Shown piece by piece: positions 12,702-23,452 of a stretch of 64,000 nt of DNA. The stretch comes from Candidatus Absconditabacterales bacterium (lineage in GTDB: Bacteria; Patescibacteriota; Gracilibacteria; Absconditabacterales; Absconditicoccaceae): contig JAYREU010000039.1 of the NCBI GenBank assembly GCA_041908765.1, forward strand, positions 7,618 through 71,617. Reading direction: 5' to 3'. The notes below the pieces were generated by a model, which had not been told where the DNA came from, made no database searches, and was given only the letters and a program-made list of their open reading frames with translations. The position numbers and the translations under genes are program-made. Every line of letters begins with the position of its first letter. The stretch's first letter is position 1.

Positions 12702-12741
12702 CAAATAATCAAATAAACAAATAGCCAAATTAACAAATCTG
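12702..12741 (+). repeat. phased CAAAT octamer array, copy 3
   Basis: The units are caaataat/caaataaa/caaatagc/caaattaa/caaatctg at 12702, 12710, 12718, 12726 and 12734. The array lies 7 nt from the gdh start codon. Confidence 0.6.
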
Positions 12742-12935
12742 TTCCCCGTCATTGCGAGGAGCCAAAGGCGACGTGGCAATCCACCTATTGGTTACCTGGA
12801 TTTGCTATCCCTTCAGGGACTTCCCCTGCGAGGACTATGCCTTGACACTCAGAATGACATGCATACTTCAGCTCTTTATTTTCGTACTCTATCCAAAATA
12901 TCTCCACAAACAACACCAAATCTCCCTCATTTTTT

Positions 12936-12964
12936 TTGACAGAAACAATGTTTTCATGTATACT
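12936..12964 (+). promoter_or_regulatory. consensus sigma70-like promoter (TTGACA-17-TATACT) for the DGR target gene
   Basis: ttgaca at 12936-12941 and tatact at 12959-12964. Confidence 0.6.
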
Positions 12965-13002
12965 TCATAGTGGCCTATTTCTCTCTTTATTTCCACCGTG
13001 TG

Positions 13003-16000
13003 ATGTTGAAAAAACAACCAAACGCGCCTCAGCAAGATGCCAACAAACATGACACCAATCTACGTTCTGCGATAGACACTTTCCCAAGTCGAAGAGAAGT
13101 AGCAAAGTTTTTGATTACTGAAAAAAGAAAAGAACTAGGTGATATATTGGAAAAAGGAAAAACCACCAAAAAACTTACCAATGAACAAAAAGGAAATCTC
13201 CATGAAGTACTCCAACATATCGCTACTGCACAGCTCGATGATGAACAAACACTGACTTTGTTGCAAGAGTATCTCGGATCTCTTGCGACGACTTCGACAC
13301 CAAAACAACTGCTTTCTCTTGCACAAAAACTTGAAGCACTCAAGCAAGGCACACTTGCGACAGATACCTGAGTATCTCGTCTCCAAGAACTCTTGCAAGA
13401 TCCAGAGTTTATCACTCACTATCAGGAATCGTATAAAGAACACGCTGAAGGCATCAAACATCTCTCGCATGGTGCAGAATTGTATCGTGCGCCACGTATT
13501 GATTTGCAAACTCTCACCGCGTGAAGTATCACTACCAAAGCGCCCAAGACCAAACAAGGCACGACACTTCCTCTCAAACATATCACTGATGAAGAGAGGA
13601 TGGCAAGTATTGAAAAACTCCCCGCCAAACAATCTTTATTTTCGTCTGCAGACCTTGCTTATTTGGGGCTTACCAAGACGACAATTTCACTCGAGACACT
13701 CGATACCAAAATACAACAGATCAAGAGCTATCTCGATGCGTTACAACTCCATATGTATACCTCGTGACAACTCACGAGTGACTATCCTAGTGCCATAAAC
13801 ACCGAGATACAAACGCTTCGTACCCTCATCACCAAACTTGAAATAGCTAAACAACTCCACCTCGATACACATGAAGTCGTTGCCTATGAGCGTCGACATC
13901 GTCTGCAGTGATTGAAAAAAGAACTAGATACAACATGACTTGCTTCTACCGAAACTGTCACCAAACAATACGAAGAAATGCGTCAACATATTTTCGCAGG
14001 TTGGTCGGTATTACTCACGGGTCCCGTCGGTACCGGTAAGACGGTCGGTGCGAGAAAACTTGTCGCAGAACTGATCGCAACTAAACTGGCTCGCTTGCAA
14101 AAACAACTCAAAGATTTGCCACCAGAAAACATTTCTCCCCCTGTGAAGCACCCTAAAGGGCATAAAGGGGAGTGAGAGGGGGTTTTAAAGCCATGATCAG
14201 CACAAACAGAACTCCTGTACTCTTCTTCTGAAAAAAGCTCTGAAGGACAGGATAAGGGGAAGGTCTCGAGCGCTACGAGTGACAGAGAACAAAAACAACT
14301 TACTCCACAGCAAAAACTTGAAAAAGAGATTGAAAGCCTCACCAAACTTCAAACAGATCCTCCCTTCATCAACGGTAACGCAGAGACCACCGTGAGACAG
14401 TTCGAATCAGTGGTGAGTCAGGTCAAGACCTGAAATGGCCATCTTCTTGAATATCTCCCTGGACCACTCACGCAGTGTATGAAATATGGACTTCCGCTCA
14501 TCATCGATGAAGCCAATCGTCTCAGTCCCGATGTGTTGTCAGCGCTCAAAGGCGAACTTGCCAAGCGTGCAGGTACCAGTTTCACCGACAAAAAAACAGG
14601 CGAGTCCTTCATCATCCAAAAGTTTTCAATTATCCTCACTGCCAACGAAGATCATCATCATGACACCACCAAAAAATTTCAAGATCAGATTGAAAGAGAG
14701 TTCCATAGAGTGACTATCGGCTATCTGCCTCCTGCAGAGTATGCACAAATTATTTCTGCCAAGACAGGGTGATCACTTGGAGTGTTTACAGACATCTGAA
14801 ACGACGCGTGGACAGCAAACATAGATGCTACTGATGCCAGCAAGACTATAGGCGGTATCTTGCCAAGACTCCTCGAAGCACAACAACTCATCATCGCGAG
14901 CTATGCCAAAAACGGCACCAAATACGATATTACCCTCTGATGAACTACCTCCAAACAACAGATCAGTAGTGCAATATGGGATACCAAACGTTTCTTGGAA
15001 CTGCGAAATACGGGACCAGATGATCGACATGATCGCATCAAATATCCGACACTGACCGACTATATCAAAGCCAAAGTGATTGCTTTCATCAAGACTCAGA
15101 TCAGCGACAAAGACCAAATGGTCCTGTGTGTGATTTTCAACAAACTTGGCATCCTTGACGCGAATGATACGCCTGCGCTTGCAGATCGCAATGTATGCGT
15201 CCACCTCAAATGAATCGATTTCAATCCCAATCTTTCCTTGTCTCTCCGTGATGCTCCCTCATCGCACGCACGCATGCTCACGACTCCGTACCAACGAGCG
15301 ACGGCAGATCAGTATGGTGATAGTTATCCTGATATGCCCTTCGATAATCCGCATATCGCCTATGCACAGCTCGCCAGTGAACTCATGACACGTGTACAAA
15401 ATAACTCTACCAAAACCTTACTTCGTCAGATTACCAAAGACGGAGCGTTGCGAAACGAAAAATTACCGAAGCTCGTAGAAGCACTCTGTACCGAAGGGAC
15501 TGATGCATATCTTGGCTTGTATACATACTTATCATCAACACCAGACACGCTGGAGAAGTTTGGCGAACTGCAACAACTCCTCAAAGATAAAAACTTCCTC
15601 CATACCAAAAAAGCCGAGATGCTCACGAAGATCGAGAGTGTCCTTCCCACTCTCCCTTTGGGAGAGGGTAGGGGTGAGGGCAATGACTCAACGCCTCATT
15701 CAGAACAGACCCTCCGTGATCTCCTCACCACCCTTGAAACAGACAACAGACAACTTCCCCTCGACGAACTCACGGACGCACTATTAGCAATCGATGAAGA
15801 TCTTTTTTTGTCGATAGTCACCATCGTAGGAGGAGCTGACATCCTAGACCCAAGTTGACGTCTCCTGAGCAGATATGATCTGATAGATCACTCTCGTAGA
15901 AAAGCAGCGGAGGAAGAGGCAAAAGAAAAAGCCAAGTGACTTGATCAGCAGTCAAACAAGCAACTATCTCCTTGATCGATCCTACAGCTCACCTCATGAC

Positions 16001-17433
16001 CAGAATTTAACCGTATCACCAAATACCGCCAAGACTTCCTCACGCAGATCAAAAATACAACCGAGACACCGCAGAGATTGAAGCAGATCGGTGACGCGAT
16101 GATCGCAAGTGGTGAGTTTGTCCTGTGACAAAAAGCAGGACTGGCCGTTGGCTATTTCAACATTCCTTGATTTTCAGCAGGTTTCGCGACGAGCGATCGT
16201 ATACGAAATGAAAACACTCCTGATCCAGATGACAATCTCTACGCTAGAGACTACGACAACAAAATCCTAGCACCAGATACTATCTACCAACCCAAACTCA
16301 AAGCACTCAGAAGTGATTTGAGAAAAGCCCGAAAAGACCCGATCAAAGCATCTATAAAACCTCTAGAATCACAAGGCATCATCTATGACCAGCAAGGCGA
16401 TATCAAAAAACTTATAGCGCTACTCATGACACAAAAATGATTGGACGAATCTGACGCACTCGCCTTGTATATGTATCTGACGGGACAATATGGTTACTAT
16501 TGGACTTGACAATACTCTTGAAATAGTCTTGGTGTTGTCAGACTCTTTGATGCTCTTCGTCGATTCAATTCGGACGATTACGATGATAGCAACTGCTCGT
16601 TGTTGTTCGCCGTGCCGAGCGGTAGCGAGGTTGCCTCCCCCGACGCACCTGAAATACAGGCACATCGTGCCTGGTGGAACGACAACATCACGTGAATAGG
16701 AACCGCACTTTTGGATCCCACCAAGACGAAGTGAATATTAACTTCGAAGCCCAGAAAGATGGACTTCCCCGATGAGCAATCATGCAAAACAGAACTGATA
16801 GACCGTATGGACAAGCGAGCAGCGAAGCATATCCGTCATATTTCCAACCCCTACAGTCTCGGTGGTTTCGCGACACAGATCACCCATCCAGAGTTCAACT
16901 CAGGCAACCCCCGTAACTTCTTCGAACCGCAGCTCGCAGACTTCAATCGTATCACCTGAAACACCGCTACCGATAATCTCTCTATGCAACAGTATGACTA
17001 TGCTAACCAAACGAAACTCTGAGTGAAGTTACGTAGTATCAGAGGAGATATGAATACACCTGACAAGCTCCCCGATATGATCTACGAAGATGAAACCAAC
17101 AAAACAGGTAAACAAGAAAAAAACCTCACCAAAATCTACTTGCAAGAAGTGAAGAAAAAAATCCCCACCTATAACGCACAGCCCCAGGACGAGTTGATCA
17201 AACTCATGCAGGTCATTGGCGAAGATCTTTGACTCTCTCCAGAATCATGAAAAGATCAACCCTTGCGCAAAGCAGCCCTGATGTATCTGTTCTCCGTGGC
17301 GGGACGATACTGGACTTGACAATACTCTTGAAATAGTCGCGGCGTTGTCTGGCTCATTGATGTTGTTCGCAGTTTCGATGCGTACGATTCTGATTATTTC
17401 CGCTGCTCGTTGTTGTTCGCCGGAGATGCATAG
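13003..17433 (+). CDS. DGR variable protein: large AAA+ (MoxR/AAA_5-like) ATPase with two C-type-lectin-like variable modules
   Basis: A single frame-1 ORF has no TAA or TAG from about 12712 to TAG at 17431, with many TGA=Gly. Walker A GPVGTGKT is at 14020-14043, Walker B LIIDEANR at 14497, and sensor-1-like IILTAN follows. VR1 is internal and VR2 is at the C-terminus (...CSLLFAGDA*). Alternative start: GTG at 12970. Confidence 0.8.
15647..15681 (+). repeat. GC-rich palindromic element ('GEGRGEG' family), in frame within the DGR target
   Basis: ccactctccctttgggagagggtaggggtgagggc, read as PLGEGRGEG. Confidence 0.6.
16527..16612 (+). repeat. DGR variable repeat VR1 (internal, more diverged)
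   Basis: 86 nt, colinear with the TR. By my manual alignment, 10 of the 23 TR adenines are substituted, and there are 5 non-adenine differences. Confidence 0.7.
17337..17422 (+). repeat. DGR variable repeat VR2 (C-terminal)
   Basis: 86 nt, colinear with the TR. By my manual alignment, 15 of the 23 TR adenines are substituted, with only 2 non-adenine differences. The 3' 20 nt (ctgctcgttgttgttcgccg) are identical to the TR and contain no adenine. Confidence 0.85.
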
Positions 17434-17456
17434 GAAGTTGCGTAGCGACTGACTAT

Positions 17457-17474
17457 ATTCCGCGCTAGCGGAAT
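17457..17474 (+). other. hairpin downstream of VR2 (candidate DGR target-recognition stem-loop)
   Basis: attccgc-gcta-gcggaat: a 7-bp stem with a 4-nt loop, 35 nt after the end of VR2. Confidence 0.45.
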
Positions 17475-17498
17475 GTCCCCCCCAACGCGCGAAGCGAC

Positions 17499-17533
17499 TC
17501 CCTCTACCTTTGGGAGAGGGTCGGGGTGAGGGT
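17499..17533 (+). repeat. GC-rich palindromic element ('GEGRGEG' family), intergenic copy
   Basis: ctccctctacctttgggagagggtcggggtgagggt. Confidence 0.6.
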
Positions 17534-17732
17534 TGTATTTTTTCTGCACATCAGTATCAATCTCCTTGCTAGATCTTACAAGGTCTAGCGAGTCTGGGGG
17601 GACTCAATCTGCTCCGCCACTGGTAGCTTTGTGCTGTCAGTAGTATAAGATGTGCTATGTGGATTTGTTCCAATAGTTATCTTCGCTGACCTACGGGGAG
17701 ACCTGTATCGTCATGAGTTAGTGTGGGGTGAA

Positions 17733-17818
17733 TCGCGGCGTTGTCAGACTCAATGATGATAATCGCAGATTCGATACGAACGATAACGATGATAACAACT
17801 GCTCGTTGTTGTTCGCCG
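17733..17818 (+). repeat. DGR template repeat (TR)
   Basis: An adenine-rich 86-nt copy of the VRs (23 A; reads as AAC/AAT/GAT codons), located 72 nt upstream of the RT start codon. Confidence 0.85.
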
Positions 17819-17890
17819 AGACTGATCTTCTCCTTTCTTTCACTTTCCGCCTCCTGTAGGTGGGAGTGATTTTTTGTTTTCGTTCGCATC

Positions 17891-19069
17891 ATGCAACTTG
17901 TTTATGCAGATCTTCACTACGCCTACCAGCGTGCACGCAGAGGTAAATCCAAGAAAAAAGAAATCATCGCCCGAGAAGCTGATCTGGAAAAAAATATGCA
18001 ACAATTATACAAAGATATTTGTGCATGAAACTATCAGATAGGAACTACCAAAAGATACATCGTAGCAGATCCCGTCGTCAGAGAGATCGTTGCGTTATCC
18101 TTTCGTGACCGTATCGTGCAACACCTAGTCTCGCATTATCTGATGCCGTTATTTGAATCTCAGTGGATACATGATAGCTATGCGAATAGAGTAGGGAAAG
18201 GGACGTTGTTTGGTATCCGTAGAGTAGACAAATTTATGCGTTCTTGTTCTCGCAACTATACAGTAGATGCACGAGTTTTGAAACTTGATATTCAGTCATG
18301 TTTCATGAGTATTTCGAGGACACTCGTACGACAACTTGTGACGCGCCGTCTCTTTGCTTGTAGAGTAGGCCGATCCAAGGAAATTATCTTATCATTGGTG
18401 CACAAGATATTGTTTCATGACTACGTGACTTGACGAGAGGACCATACTATCGCATCCTTGAGAAAAATCCTCCCGGTACACAAAAGTATGTTAGCCTGTC
18501 CACCAAACACCTGACTCCCTCTGGGTAATCTCACGAGTCATCTGTTTTCCAATATCATCTTGCATGAGCTAGATCTTTTTATCAAACATGAGTTGCACAT
18601 ACACTACTATGGCAGATATGTAGACGATTTCGTCTGTATGCACGCAGATCAAGGCTATTTGAAATCTTGTATTGCAAAGATCGAATATTTTTTGAGCACT
18701 CAGCTTGGACTGCATATCCATCCTCGCAAGATATACTTCCAGCATTTCACCAAATGAGTCCCATTTCTGTGAGTAGTCATTAAGCCCTACTGTAGACTGA
18801 TTGGACGCAAAACGATTCGTGCACTACAAAAGCTTCCTTCACTGATTCCGCCACGTATATCACTAGCGGACGGCGTCCATATTGGGCAATCCATCAATTC
18901 TTACTTCGGACTTGTCCGTCATCACGATAGCTTCTGCCTCAGAAAATCCTTGATTTCTGCACTCCCACCCAATCGGTATAATTACCTCCGTGTCCGTCCT
19001 GGGTATAGTTCTGTGAAGCCGAGGGTGAGGGAGGTGCAAAACACACAAAATCTCTTGCAAAAAAATTAA
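17891..19069 (+). CDS. DGR-type reverse transcriptase
   Basis: 392 codons after joining three fragments through TGA=Gly. Motifs include SFRDRIVQH, IHDSYANRVGKGTLFG (the DGR RT hallmark SYAxRxGKG) and YGRYVDDFV (YVDD at 18617-18628). Confidence 0.9.
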
Positions 19070-19278
19070 GACGTCATGAGTATATACTATTTTGTTAGTA
19101 TGTATACATGACGAATGTAGGCTATGACTTTCATAAAATCTAGTGGGTTAACTCACCAAATTCATATGAAATTAGGGTTTTTAGTCACTAAAATATACTT
19201 TTTTATAGGTTTTCCTTGTTTTTTTAGTAAATTTTCATATTATAATATTATAATTCATTTAATTTTTCGTATCATAAT

Positions 19279-20412
<1,134 letters not shown>

Positions 20413-20415
20413 TCA

Positions 20416-22791
20416 CTACACACTCGTTTCGAGATGTTCTATCAGCAACTCCTGAATATGTTGTCCTAGCTCGTGAGGGGAGTCACAGACTTCACCATAG
20501 CCGAGAGCGTTTGCCTGTGGCTCATCTTGTTTCGCGCCAAAGAGATCAAGGATAGGACTACCGCTCGAGGTGATACCGAGTCCACAGGTGATGATACCGA
20601 GGTCACGGGCTTTTTTGATCTGTTGTTGCATCTTTGTAGCATCATCACTACCTCCATCAGACATGAGGAGGAGGATTTTTTTTCGACGTCAGGATTTGAT
20701 CTGTTCGAGATAGCGGGTGTGCTCCTCAGGAGTATGGTCATGAACAGCTGCATCTTGGAGCTGTTTGGTATACGCTTTCATAGCCACGAAATCGCCCGTA
20801 GATGAGCTGGCGATCTGCAGTTTATGATTTGCGACGAGGAGTTCTTTGGTGGTAAGTTTGGAACTACGCTTTCGTAAGGTGTGTGTTGTTCATCACGAAA
20901 ATAATGATGCTGAACTGAAGATATCTATCCCAGAAATATGTGCATCATCAATCTCTTCTTGCAACCTCGAGAGTGCATAGCCGACGAGAAGGGAGTTGAC
21001 CCTTTGATCATAATTTTTGGTTCATTTGGTCATTGATCAAGACCCATCAGCAATGAGATCAAACTCGAATCCATTGAGTTCTTTTTTTTCTATTTCTCTA
21101 CGTTTATTTTGTTCTCGGATGTGCGGATCGCCGTCTTGATTATCGGTGAAAAGATTTACTATCTCATCGGTATACATAGCACCGTTACTTTTCTCTCGTT
21201 TGACGGGGCCACGATACCCAGGGAGGTGAGTGGCTTTGAGTGTTTGGAGACGACTGAGAATATCTTGCGTGATGAAGTTGAGAATATTACGTCATTCACT
21301 ATCGGTGAGTGCTTCGATAATTGATTTTATCTGTTCTCGATCGTCAAGTTGTTGGAGCAGAAACTCTTTTGTCTTGTCGAACGTTTTGTGCTTGGTGTTG
21401 AAATTTTCGTTCGCCCGATCTACGAGTTCTTCTTTTTTATGCTCGAGGAGGGGATCATCAGCTTTGAGATCAAAGGTTTGGTTGAAGGCTTGTTCGAGTT
21501 TTTGGTCTTTCTCAGTCTGCGGAGTTGCGTTGTGGGTGAGTTGAGCAAGGAGTTGTTTGAGGTCAGAAGGGGTGGGTTGAGATAAATCCCCCGGCTCGTT
21601 TCACTCGCCACCCCCTTTATCAAGGGGGAAACTCTGTGGATCGACGTTGATGCCTGCTTGTTCGAGGAGATGCGGGATGGTGCGAGGGGTGCCGGTGGGA
21701 GCTGCGCCTTCACCTTCATTCTTCGCCTTATCGCTCTCCTTATCCTTTCCTTCAGATTGCTTTCCCGAAGGAGAGGGAGGTTGTTCTGCTTGCCCTTCAT
21801 TATCCTTAGTTTTGGATTCTTGCTTTCACTCAACCGTTCATTCAGCCTTGCCTTGAGTTTGATTTCCATCTTGTGCTCACCCTCACCCCTGCCCTCTCCC
21901 AACCGTTCATTCGGCTTCGCCTCATTCACTAGGAGAGGGAGTATTAGTGGGTTCCTTATCCTTCGCCTTATCATTCTCCTGTTCTTCTAGTTCGAGGTAG
22001 ATGTCAAAGAGCTGAATCATCGCGGGATATCTCATCGGGAGCGTGTTGAGTTGTTTATGCGTTCGTACATCGCTTGCAGATCTGATGAGTAGTTCGTTGT
22101 TGTCGATATAAGATTGTACTTCTTCATCGACGAGAGGTCGTGATCCAGTAGTTTGCCCTTTCAGAATGGCTCGAGCGAACTGCTCGTGGAGAGGATTTTC
22201 TTTTTTGGTGCCGTCTTGGAGGATTGTGTATCTGAGATCTGTCTGTGGAACAGTTCGTTCGAGATAGTTGTCACGCATATAGGGTGCAAGGGTGTTGGTT
22301 TGCTTCATATCTGCTGACCATTTATCTACTCGAATATCTCTGATGATGTTTTCGAAGTGTCTCCACTTTTCACCATAGGTGCGCAGAAGATCTTCTCTTA
22401 GGTGCTGTGTTGTATTTTTGTAGTTCGTAAGTCTGACGGTACGTGGTCTTGGAGTTATTTCGCAGGATGATTGATCTGCCATCAGCTGTCCGTACTCTAC
22501 CATATGTCCGATCTCGTGGACGAGAATTTGTAGGATATGTCATTTCTCGAGAATGAAATTACTTCCTTGTTCTTTGACGAGTTGTGAAATATATTGCGAA
22601 GTGAATTTAGGATTAAAAAAAATCGTACTCTTACCGTGTTGCATTCGTGCGATGTTTTGATTGTTCGTTGCAATCTGAAAAGTGATACCCTTCATCTGGG
22701 TAATGGTGTGCAGAATACTTTGAAACTCACGTTCGAACTCTGTGGTCGTCCGCTCAGAGATATCGAGGTGAGTGGTGGGAGTATTTTTCAT
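20416..22791 (-). CDS. HExxH metallopeptidase-like N-domain plus von Willebrand A (MIDAS) C-domain protein (DUF2201-like architecture)
   Basis: One minus-strand frame is open for 791 codons. HEIGH lies within 22501-22518, followed by a Gly/Glu/Lys-rich linker. The MIDAS motif DGSGSM is at 21034-21048 and the vWA C-terminal part (LLLMSDGGSDD) follows. TAG stop at 20416. Confidence 0.8.
21877..21900 (-). repeat. GC-rich element ('GEGRGEG' family) inside the vWA-protein linker
   Basis: caccctcacccctgccctctccc is the reverse complement of the family consensus. Here it is read in a different frame, as GRGQGGGG, using two TGA codons. Confidence 0.5.
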
Positions 22792-22797
22792 GCAATA

Positions 22798-22826
22798 AGT
22801 ATACTCAAAAGAAGATATATTGTCAA
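22798..22826 (-). promoter_or_regulatory. consensus promoter (TTGACA-17-TATACT), probably giving a leaderless mRNA
   Basis: On the minus strand, ttgaca is at 22826-22821 and tatact at 22803-22798. Only 6 nt separate the -10 hexamer from the ATG at 22791. Confidence 0.6.
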
Positions 22827-22928
22827 TTTTTTTGTGCAGAAGTCAACTACAAGAACTGCCTTCTTTCCTTGCATCTCATTTTATTTTCCCTATTATGAAG
22901 CACGTGAAGAGTTTAGGTGATACTTGTA

Positions 22929-23078
22929 CACCTCTGCAAAAGTCCCAAAAGTGCATATGTACTTTTGAGGACGCCTAAAGAGGTTTCTCAAGAAAGCGTT
23001 GTTAGCTGATCTTCCAGGGCTGTAATACACCTTGTAACGCTAGGAATGTAAAGCAAAGTTTTAATTTTGCAGAGCTTA
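22929..23078 (-). ncRNA. roughly 150-nt structured repeat, copy 1 (candidate ncRNA or MITE)
   Basis: The reverse complement aligns along its whole length with 31133-31283. The terminal inverted repeat is ctctgcaaaa/ttttgcagag and there is an internal hairpin. Confidence 0.5.
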
Positions 23079-23110
23079 CTTACTTTTAATTTGCTAGTTA
23101 CTATTTATCT

Positions 23111-23311
23111 ATGGGACAAACTGAAAAGTCATTGAATAAACGAATTATAGGAGCCATTATTGGATCAGCCCTGATCGGCGTGAGCGGATTGTCGATGACT
23201 CCAAAAGGCCAAAGCTTCTGGAAACGTCTCTTGTTGAGAGTGCGCGGTATATTCCGTTTTTTTAGTGGAGGAGTACAAGAGATGAAAAAACAGATAGAAA
23301 AAGAGAAATAG
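23111..23311 (+). CDS. small hypothetical membrane protein
   Basis: 66 aa with ATG start, TAG stop and one hydrophobic helix. Confidence 0.35.
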   Translation: MGQTEKSLNKRIIGAIIGSALIGVSGLSMTPKGQSFWKRLLLRVRGIFRFFSGGVQEMKKQIEKEK

Positions 23312-23452
23312 AAAGAAAATTATTTCGAAAACTAATACACATACGGATAGCTTTCTGTAAAGCAAAAGACAAAGATAAATGCTCTGGAAATTGTTATTTT
23401 GGAAACTATCACTAGACTCAATGATGCGATACACATATCTTTAATTGTATGT

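Noticed and set aside
12745-12860. GC-rich segment after CAAAT array 3 (gtcattgcgaggagccaaaggcgacgtggcaatcc...cagaatgac), considered as a small ORF (track ORF 12752-12970) or a defined mobile element.
   Set aside because: The ORF has no start context or family. Its translation resembles the generic junk peptides produced by intergenic palindromic repeats. I could not define clean inverted termini, so I left it unannotated.
13029-15281. Several long minus-strand ORFs (13029-13415, 13135-13632, 13983-14345, 14773-15204) antisense to the DGR target gene.
   Set aside because: There are no conserved motifs, and the sense frame carries the Walker A and B motifs and is open for 4.4 kb. They are typical antisense shadows.
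16527-17818. The three 86-nt repeats considered as a CRISPR array, IS ends or a simple gene duplication.
   Set aside because: The spacing is irregular (about 700 and about 300 nt). The repeats lie in coding frame in two cases. The differences are concentrated at adenines of the RT-proximal copy. This pattern is diagnostic of DGR TR/VR pairs rather than CRISPR or IS termini.
17677-17892. 71-aa minus-strand ORF covering the template repeat.
   Set aside because: It lies antisense to the TR/spacer, has no recognisable family, and mirrors the antisense ORF over VR1 (16420-16665). It is explained by repeat composition. I also considered it as an Avd candidate, but it lacks any helical-bundle-like pattern.
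17891-19069. The reverse transcriptase considered as a retron or group II intron RT.
   Set aside because: There are no flanking intron RNA domains and no maturase/En domains, and I saw no msr/msd-like inverted repeats. The SYAxRxGKG motif plus the adjacent TR/VR set fits a DGR RT.
21420-21974. 184-aa minus-strand ORF (…ERLGEGRGEGEHK…SPLIKGVASETSRG…) overlapping the vWA-protein linker.
   Set aside because: It is an alternative frame across low-complexity and palindromic-repeat sequence. The neighbouring frame is continuous from the HExxH domain to the vWA domain (791 codons), so this ORF is most likely spurious.
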